A stretch of DNA of 36,932 nt from Propionibacteriales bacterium (GTDB taxonomy: Bacteria; Actinomycetota; Actinomycetes; Propionibacteriales; Nocardioidaceae), in contig JBBSVL010000001.1 in assembly GCA_038233595.1 (NCBI GenBank), positions 1-36,932 of the forward strand, in the 5' to 3' direction. Position numbers and translations under genes: made by a program. The notes below the pieces were generated by a model. That model did no database searches, was not told where the DNA came from, and saw only the letters and a program-made list of their open reading frames with translations. Shown one piece after another: positions 6,957-13,338 of this stretch (positions are counted from its first letter, which is position 1; each line of letters opens with the position of its first letter).

Positions 6957-9900
6957 CCCGTTCGTCCATCTCCACGTCGCCTCCGGCTTCTCACTCCAGT
7001 ACGGCGCCTCCCACCCACAGGCGCTGGTCGAGCGAGCAGCGGAGCAGGAGATGGACGCACTCGCCCTGACCGACCGCAACGGCACCTACGGCGCGGTCCG
7101 GTTCGTCAAGGCCTGCCAACGGGCCGGGATCCGACCGATCCTCGGGGTCGACCTGGCGATGAGCCCCACGCTGCACTCGACGGTGGTTGAGGAAGGCGCT
7201 CGCTCCTCAACCACCGGGTCCCCCCGCACCCCCGTCAGGGGCGGCGCCTCCCGCGACGCCCGGCTGCCCCGGGTCACCTTTTTGGCCAGCGGCCGCGACG
7301 GCTGGGCGGCCCTGTGCCGGCTCGTCTCGGCGACCCACCTCGCCGGTGACCGGGGTGACCCGGTGTGCTCGCTGGACCTGGTCTCCGAGCACCTGGGGGG
7401 CTCTGTCAGTTCTTCGGCCGGCACGTCCGTGCTGGTGCTGCTCGGCCCGTCCTCCGAGCTGGGCCGGGCGGTCACGCTGCGCTGCGACGACCGGGGCCGG
7501 GAGGTGCTCGGCCGCTGGCGCGAGGTGGTCGGCAGCTCCAACCTGGTCGTCGAGGCGGTCTCCCACCGGCTGTCCGGCACCGGCCCCGGTTCGTCGGTGC
7601 ACGCCGCCCGGATGGTCGGCCTCGGCAGGTCCGCCGGGCTGACGGTGGTGCTGTCCAACGCGGTCCGCTACGCCGACCGGGCCGACGCCCCGACCGTCGA
7701 CGTGCTCGACGCGGCGCGGAGGCTGGTGCCACTCGACCTGCGAAATCTCGACAGGCGCAACGCCGAAGGCTTCCTGAAGTCCGGCAAACAGATGCACGAG
7801 GTGGCCGAGGAGGTCGTGCGCTTCGCCGGGCTCGACGGATTCGGTGACGGCACCCGGCTGCTGGCGCAGACCCGGGCGGTGGCCGACCGCTGCGTGCTCG
7901 ACCCGCGCGCAGACCTGGGGCTGGGGGAGGTGCACTTCCCGGAGTTCGACGTGGTTGCCCGGCCCCGGCAGCGTGACTCCGCCTTCGTGGGCGGGGCCCC
8001 GGCCGACACGGCGTTGCGGTCGCGGTGCGAGTCGGCGGTGGGGTGGCGCTACGGGCAGGCACCCAGGCAGCGCATCTGGAAGCGCCTCGACGACGAGCTG
8101 GAGATCATCCGGGGGCTCGGTTACGCGTCGTACTTCCTCGTCGTCGGTGACGTCACCGACCTGGTCCGAGAGCTCGGCATCCGGTGTGCGGCGCGCGGGT
8201 CGGGAGCGGGCAGCCTGGTCAACTACCTGCTCGGGGTCTCCGGGGTCGACCCGATCCGGCACGGGCTGCTGATGGAGCGGTTCCTCTCGCCGCTGCGGCG
8301 CTCGCTGCCCGACATCGACATCGACGTGGAGTCGGCGCGCCGGCTCGAGGTCTACGACGCGATCCTCGAGCGGTACGGCGCCGAGCGGTGCGCGTGTGTG
8401 TCGATGATGGAGACCTACCGGGTACGCCACGCGGTCCGCGACGTCGGCGCAGCGCTCGGGATGCCGCCGGGGGAGACCGACGCGATCGCCAAGTCGTTCC
8501 CGCACATCCGGGCCCGTGACGCGCGGATGGCGCTGCGTGACCTGCCCGAGCTGCGCGCCTCCGGGCTACAAGGTGGGACCACGGCGCGCTTCGATCTCTT
8601 CTTCCGGCTGGTGGAGAAGCTCGACGGGCTGCCCCGGCACATCGCGATGCACCCGTGCGGCGTCCTGCTCTCCGACTCGACGCTGCTCGACCGCACCCCG
8701 GTCGAGGCCAGCTATGCCGGCTACCCGATGAGCCAGTTCGACAAGGACGACGTGGAGGACCTCGGGCTGCTCAAGCTCGACGTGCTCGGCATCCGGATGC
8801 AGTCGGCGATGGCGCACGCCGTGACCGAGATCGAGAGGACCGAGACCCGCCACATCGATCTCGACGACCAGGCGCAGGTGCCCTTCGACGACCCGGCGAC
8901 CTACGCGATGATCTCCAGCTCCAAGACCCTGGGGGTCTTCCAGATCGAGTCTCCGGGGCAGCGCGAGCTCGTCGGCAAGTCCGGTATCGGCGACTTCACC
9001 GACATCATCACCGACATCTCGCTGTTCCGACCGGGCCCGGTCAAGAGCGACATGATCACGCCGTACCTCGAGGCCAAGCAGGGCTGGCGGATGCCGCTGT
9101 TCCTGCACGACGACCTGCGCCCGATCCTTGGTGACACCCACGGCGTGGTGGTCTTCCACGAGCAGGTGATCGAGATCATCGACCAGTTCACCGGCTGTGG
9201 GTTCGCCGAGGCCGACGAGTGGCGACGGGCACTCGGTGACGTGGAGGGGATGGCCGCGACCAGGCTCTGGTTCTTCCCCAGGGCGCTGGCGCGTGGCTAC
9301 GCACTGCCGCTGGTGGATCGGATCTGGAAGGTGCTGGAGTCGTTCGCCTCGTTCGGCTTCTGCAAGGCCCATGCGGCTGCGTTCGCGCTGCCGACCTACC
9401 AGTCGGCCTGGCTCAAGGCGCACTACCCGGCACACTTCATCTCCGGGGTGCTGACGCACGACCCGGGGATGTACCCCAAGCGGCTGATCCTCGATGACGC
9501 CCGGCAGCTGGGGATCGCGATCCTCGGGCTGGACGTGAACACCTCCGCGGGTCGCTACACCGTGGAGAGGGTCGACGCCGGGTGGGGGATCCGGTTGTCG
9601 TTGGCCGAGGTCAAGGGGATCACCGACGCGGAGGTCTCCCGGATCGTGGCGGCCCGGGAGCCCGGCTCGCCCTACCGCTCGCTGGGCGACTTCTGGCAGC
9701 GGGCACAGGTCTCACAGCCAGTGCTGGAACGACTGGTGCAGGCGGGGGCGTTCGACTCCGTCCACCAGATCGTCGGTGACCAGCGCCGCCGGGGCCGGGT
9801 CACCCGTCGCGACCTGTTGCTGCAGACCGCCGACCTCGAGCGGCGCGGCCGGGCGTCGGGGCGAGCTCGTCGGACCGGCCCGACGGGCTCGGTGGGCTCG

Positions 9901-10590
9901 GCGGGCTCGGTGCAGCTCGCGCTCGACCTGGGTGACGGGCCAGACGTTGGGGAGCCGAGTGGGTTGCCGGAGATGACGGCCGCAGACCGGGTCCGGGCCG
10001 AGCTGGACATCCTCGGGCTCGACGTGAGCAGCCACGTGCTCGACTTCCATCGACCGTTCCTCGACGCCCTCGAGGTGGTCCGTGCTGCCCACCTGCTCGA
10101 ACAACGCAGCCGTTCGGAGATTCTGGTCGCCGGAGTCAAGGTGGCCACCCAGACCCCGCCGATCCGGTCCGGTCGGCGGGTGATCTTCCTGACCCTGGAC
10201 GACGCCACAGGGCCGGTCGACGCGACGTTCTTCGAGGACGTCCAGGGGCCCTACGCGGCAACGGTGTTCGGGTCCTGGCTGCTGGTGGTGCGCGGCGTCG
10301 TACGTCGCACCGGCCGGCGTGGCATCTCGCTGCGGGCCACCGGCGCGTGGGACCTCGGCTCCCTGCACGACCTGTGGTCGGGTGGCGGTGGCATCGACGC
10401 GGTGCGGGCCGAGCTGGACCGGGTGCCCGAAGGTTTCGCGGCACCGGCCGGCAAGCGGGTGCTGGTGCACAGCAGTGGGTTCGCGATGTCGCCCTACGCC
10501 GACATCAAGCCGGCCGGGCAGTCCCCGGGCACCGTCACCGGTGAGGTTGCCCGCAAGCTGTGGCACCGCAGCCCGGGGAGCACAGGATGA
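6949..10590 (+). CDS. dnaE2: Error-prone DNA polymerase III alpha subunit (DnaE2 type)
   Basis: TTG start overlapping the HEPN gene end (LPDPFVHLHVASGFS); 1213 aa; RGSGAGSLV, ERFL, catalytic PDIDIDVE and KLDVLG, FGFCKAHA, OB fold (VAGVKVATQTPP..VIFLTLDD); under a LexA box. Confidence 0.9.
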   Translation: MPDPFVHLHVASGFSLQYGASHPQALVERAAEQEMDALALTDRNGTYGAVRFVKACQRAGIRPILGVDLAMSPTLHSTVVEEGARSSTTGSPRTPVRGGASRDARLPRVTFLASGRDGWAALCRLVSATHLAGDRGDPVCSLDLVSEHLGGSVSSSAGTSVLVLLGPSSELGRAVTLRCDDRGREVLGRWREVVGSSNLVVEAVSHRLSGTGPGSSVHAARMVGLGRSAGLTVVLSNAVRYADRADAPTVDVLDAARRLVPLDLRNLDRRNAEGFLKSGKQMHEVAEEVVRFAGLDGFGDGTRLLAQTRAVADRCVLDPRADLGLGEVHFPEFDVVARPRQRDSAFVGGAPADTALRSRCESAVGWRYGQAPRQRIWKRLDDELEIIRGLGYASYFLVVGDVTDLVRELGIRCAARGSGAGSLVNYLLGVSGVDPIRHGLLMERFLSPLRRSLPDIDIDVESARRLEVYDAILERYGAERCACVSMMETYRVRHAVRDVGAALGMPPGETDAIAKSFPHIRARDARMALRDLPELRASGLQGGTTARFDLFFRLVEKLDGLPRHIAMHPCGVLLSDSTLLDRTPVEASYAGYPMSQFDKDDVEDLGLLKLDVLGIRMQSAMAHAVTEIERTETRHIDLDDQAQVPFDDPATYAMISSSKTLGVFQIESPGQRELVGKSGIGDFTDIITDISLFRPGPVKSDMITPYLEAKQGWRMPLFLHDDLRPILGDTHGVVVFHEQVIEIIDQFTGCGFAEADEWRRALGDVEGMAATRLWFFPRALARGYALPLVDRIWKVLESFASFGFCKAHAAAFALPTYQSAWLKAHYPAHFISGVLTHDPGMYPKRLILDDARQLGIAILGLDVNTSAGRYTVERVDAGWGIRLSLAEVKGITDAEVSRIVAAREPGSPYRSLGDFWQRAQVSQPVLERLVQAGAFDSVHQIVGDQRRRGRVTRRDLLLQTADLERRGRASGRARRTGPTGSVGSAGSVQLALDLGDGPDVGEPSGLPEMTAADRVRAELDILGLDVSSHVLDFHRPFLDALEVVRAAHLLEQRSRSEILVAGVKVATQTPPIRSGRRVIFLTLDDATGPVDATFFEDVQGPYAATVFGSWLLVVRGVVRRTGRRGISLRATGAWDLGSLHDLWSGGGGIDAVRAELDRVPEGFAAPAGKRVLVHSSGFAMSPYADIKPAGQSPGTVTGEVARKLWHRSPGSTG
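7181..7216. repeat. 36-bp palindromic (REP-like) in-frame segment inside dnaE2
   Basis: CGGTGGTTGAGGA-N10-TCCTCAACCACCG, perfect 13-bp arms. Confidence 0.7.
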
Positions 10591-10592
10591 TT

Positions 10593-10640
10593 TACCCCAC
10601 GACGCTGCTCGCTACGCTCACACCGCCGCGGGGGTCCCGG
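10593..10640 (+). repeat. 48-bp hairpin element, copy A (degenerate ends)
   Basis: TA-CCCCACGACGCTGC-TCGCTACGCTC-ACACCGCCGCGGGG-GTCCCGG, directly after the dnaE2 ATGA stop. Confidence 0.8.
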
Positions 10641-10650
10641 GTGAAACACC

Positions 10651-10656
10651 TAGGGT
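10651..10656 (+). promoter_or_regulatory. -10 element (TAGGGT), probable leaderless methyltransferase transcript
   Basis: TANNNT 7 nt upstream of ATG 10664, no SD. Confidence 0.55.
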
Positions 10657-10663
10657 GGTGCGC

Positions 10664-11449
10664 ATGGACCTCACCCCGCCAGAGGGCTCGCTGCGCTCGC
10701 CCTCCGGCGGGGACCCCGAAAAGCACCAGCCCCTCGAGCGTCACGCTGCCTCTCGCACCGCCGTCGTCTGGGAAGCCGTGCAGCAGGTGCTGGGTGACGG
10801 CCTGGGTGACAGCGGGGGCGCCACCGTGGTCGACATCGGTGGCGGCACCGGCGGGTTCGCGGTCCGGCTGGCCGGTCTCGGCCACCGGGTCACCGTGGTC
10901 GACCCCAGCCCGGATGCGCTGGCAGCGCTGGCCCGGCGGGCAGCCGAGACCAACGTCGCCGACCTGGTCACCGGCGTCCAGGGCGACCTGGCCAACCTGG
11001 TCGACCTGGTCGGCGAGCACGGAGCCGACCTGGTTCTCTGCCACGGTGTGCTCGGCATCCTCGACGACCCGGCTGCAGCACTCGCCACGATCGGCCGGGT
11101 GCTGCGACCCGGTGGGGCCTTGTCCCTGCTGGTCGGCCAGCTGCACGCCGTCGTGCTCGCCCGGGCGATGGCCGGCCACTTCCGGCTGGCGCGCGCGGCG
11201 CTCGACGCGACCGACGGTTCCGGTGAGCACCGGTTCACAGCCACCGAGGTCACCGATCTGCTGTCCGACAGTGGGTTCTCCGTACGCGCTGTCCAGGGAA
11301 TCAGGGTCTTCGCCGACCTGGTGCCCGGTTCACTGCTCGACCTCGAGCCCGGTGCGTCCGCAGCCCTGCTCGACCTGGAGCGCGCTGTCGCCGACCGGCC
11401 CGAGTACCTCACCCTTGCCGCGCAGCTGCACGTGCTCGCCACCCACTGA
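10664..11449 (+). CDS. Class I SAM-dependent methyltransferase
   Basis: 261 aa; motif I VVDIGGGTG, VTVVDPS, GD, DLVLCHGVL, LRPGG. Confidence 0.88.
   Translation: MDLTPPEGSLRSPSGGDPEKHQPLERHAASRTAVVWEAVQQVLGDGLGDSGGATVVDIGGGTGGFAVRLAGLGHRVTVVDPSPDALAALARRAAETNVADLVTGVQGDLANLVDLVGEHGADLVLCHGVLGILDDPAAALATIGRVLRPGGALSLLVGQLHAVVLARAMAGHFRLARAALDATDGSGEHRFTATEVTDLLSDSGFSVRAVQGIRVFADLVPGSLLDLEPGASAALLDLERAVADRPEYLTLAAQLHVLATH
10672..10719 (+). repeat. 48-bp hairpin element, copy B (in-frame in the methyltransferase N-terminus)
   Basis: CA-CCCCGCCAGAGGGC-TCGCTGCGCTC-GCCCTCCGGCGGGG-ACCCCGA; 13 of 14 stem pairs are Watson-Crick. Confidence 0.85.
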
Positions 11450-11470
11450 AGTCTCTTCCGCGGGCGTCAC

Positions 11471-11531
11471 CCAGTTACCACGGTCCCGTGGTAACTGGTC
11501 ACTTCCCGTGGCAAATGGACCCCGGGAAGTG
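11471..11531. repeat. Two adjacent inverted repeats upstream of dinB
   Basis: CCAGTTACCACGG-TC-CCGTGGTAACTGG (11471-11498) and CACTTCCCG-N14-CGGGAAGTG (11500-11531). Confidence 0.75.
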
Positions 11532-11563
11532 TGCAAAAACCTTCAGACCGTGGGAATTGCCCG

Positions 11564-12760
11564 ATGAGCGACCACTCGACCGGGTGCCCGATCCTGCACA
11601 TCGACATGGACGCTTTCTTCGCCTCCGTGGCGATCCGGGACCGGCCCGACCTGGCCGGTGCCCCGGTAATCGTGGGCGGCGGACACCGAGGGGTGGTGCT
11701 GTCGGCGACCTACCCGGCGCGGCGGTTCGGGGTGCACTCGGCGATGCCGATGACCCGGGCCAGACGGTTGTGTCCCCAGGCGGTGGTGCTCAGCCCTGAC
11801 TACGCCGACTTCGACACCGTCTCCTCCTCGGTGATGGAGACGTTCCGGCGGGTGACCCCGGTGGTGGAGGCGCTCTCGGTGGACGAGGCGTTCCTCGACG
11901 TGTCCGGGTCACTGCGCAGGTTCGGCACTCCGCTGGCGATCGCTGAGCACCTCCGGGCAACGGTGTACGACGAGCAGCGGATCACCTGTTCGGTCGGTGT
12001 CGCCGGTTCGGCCTCGGTGGCCAAGCTGGCCAGCCGCCGGGCCAAGCCAGACGGGGTCCTCGTCGTACCCCCCGGCCGGGTCACCTCCTTCCTGCACCCG
12101 CTCGATGTCGGCGAGCTGTGGGGGGTGGGGGAGAAGACCCGTGACCAGCTGCACCGACTCGGCCTGGTCACGGTCGGTGACGTCGCCCATACGCCGCTGC
12201 CCACCCTGAGACGCGCGCTCGGGCAGCACCAGGGTGGACACGTGCATGCTCTGGCCTGGGGCGAGGACCATCGTGTGGTCACTGCCCGGCGCGGGACGCA
12301 TGAGCCTGACAAGAGCATGGGTGCCGACGAGACGTTCGGCCGCGACACCGACGACCCTGAGGTGGTGCTTCGTGAGGTGCTCCGACTCTCGGCCAAGGTC
12401 GGTGCTCGGATGCGCCGGGCCGGGCTGGCCGGCCGCACGATGACCCTGAAGGTGAGGTTTGCCGACTTCACTACGATCACCCGGTCGCGGACGTTGCCGG
12501 AGGCGACCGACGTGACCACCGAGATCTACGCGACTGCGTCCGCGCTGTTCGTCGCGCTCGGTCTGCAGCGGGCCCGGGTCCGGCTGGTCGGCGTGCGGGT
12601 CGAGGGGCTGGTGCCCCGCAGCCAGGTCCAGCGACAGCTGATGCTCGGTGCCCGGGAGCACGGCTGGGCCGACGCAGACCGGGCGGTGGACGCCGCGGTG
12701 CTCCGGTTCGGGGGTCTTGCCGTGCACCCGGCGACGCTGCTGGCCGGAGAGCGTCCCTGA
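11564..12760 (+). CDS. dinB: DNA polymerase IV (Y family)
   Basis: 398 aa; ILHIDMDAFFASV, ATYPARRFGVHSAMP, SVDEAFLD (catalytic D/DE intact), AKLAS...KPDG, LWGVG, LKVRFADF, QLMLG clamp-like motif. Confidence 0.93.
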   Translation: MSDHSTGCPILHIDMDAFFASVAIRDRPDLAGAPVIVGGGHRGVVLSATYPARRFGVHSAMPMTRARRLCPQAVVLSPDYADFDTVSSSVMETFRRVTPVVEALSVDEAFLDVSGSLRRFGTPLAIAEHLRATVYDEQRITCSVGVAGSASVAKLASRRAKPDGVLVVPPGRVTSFLHPLDVGELWGVGEKTRDQLHRLGLVTVGDVAHTPLPTLRRALGQHQGGHVHALAWGEDHRVVTARRGTHEPDKSMGADETFGRDTDDPEVVLREVLRLSAKVGARMRRAGLAGRTMTLKVRFADFTTITRSRTLPEATDVTTEIYATASALFVALGLQRARVRLVGVRVEGLVPRSQVQRQLMLGAREHGWADADRAVDAAVLRFGGLAVHPATLLAGERP

Positions 12761-12867
12761 TGCAGGCTCGTGTCGAAGATTCCGCACCTGAGAATTTGGG
12801 TACGTGGGTACCACCTCTCCCACAGCCTGCCTACACTGGAGGGGTCCACGGTCTGCGGGAGGATCAC

Positions 12868-13338
12868 GTGCCACTCTCCGATGAAGAGATGCGCCTGCTC
12901 GAGCAGATGGAGCGCGCCCTCGTCGAGGAGGACCCCAAGTTCGCCTCGACGTTGCGTGGCAACCGGTTCGCCCGCGCCACGCGCACCCGGATCATCCTCG
13001 CAGCCGTCGTGTTCGTGGTCGGGATCGTGGTCCTGATGACCGGAGCGGTCATGCAGGTCACCGTCGTCGGCATCATCGGCTTCGTGGTGATGCTGGCCTC
13101 CGCCACCGTGGGGCTCGGCGCCTGGCGCGGTCGCAAGGCGAGCTCGGAGCACGAGGCCGGCAACCGTCAGTTCGAGGCCCCGGACAGCCCCGCCGGCCTC
13201 AGCCTCATCGACGGCGGCCGCAACGCGCGTAAGCCGCGACGCGGCGGGAGCTCGTCGCCCAACCCCAGGCCCAAGCAGGGCCTGATGCAGCGGCTCGAAG
13301 CCCGCTGGCACCGGCGTCGCGACCAGAACGGCTACTGA
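12868..13338 (+). CDS. DUF3040 membrane protein
   Basis: GTG after GGAGG; MPLSDEEMRLLEQMERALVEEDPKFASTL, two hydrophobic segments, C-terminal LMQRLEARWHRRR. Confidence 0.88.
   Translation: MPLSDEEMRLLEQMERALVEEDPKFASTLRGNRFARATRTRIILAAVVFVVGIVVLMTGAVMQVTVVGIIGFVVMLASATVGLGAWRGRKASSEHEAGNRQFEAPDSPAGLSLIDGGRNARKPRRGGSSSPNPRPKQGLMQRLEARWHRRRDQNGY

Noticed and set aside
6507-11449. HEPN plus methyltransferase read as an anti-phage or restriction-modification island
   Set aside because: The methyltransferase lacks DNA-MTase catalytic motifs (DPPY/NPPY/PC), there is no integrase or compositional shift, and the locus sits in core synteny next to dcw under DNA-damage control.
10560-11567. 335-aa ORF running from copy A through the methyltransferase and ending on the dinB ATGA
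   Set aside because: Overlaps the methyltransferase out of frame with low-complexity Pro/Ser/Arg composition. A long dnaE2-to-dinB relay is formally possible but unsupported without Ribo-seq.
12760-12867. ATG overlapping the dinB stop, in frame with DUF3040 (possible coupled long isoform)
   Set aside because: GTG 12868 has a strong GGAGG SD and the family-typical MPLS start, and a TACACT -10 lies at 12832-12837; the extension has no support.
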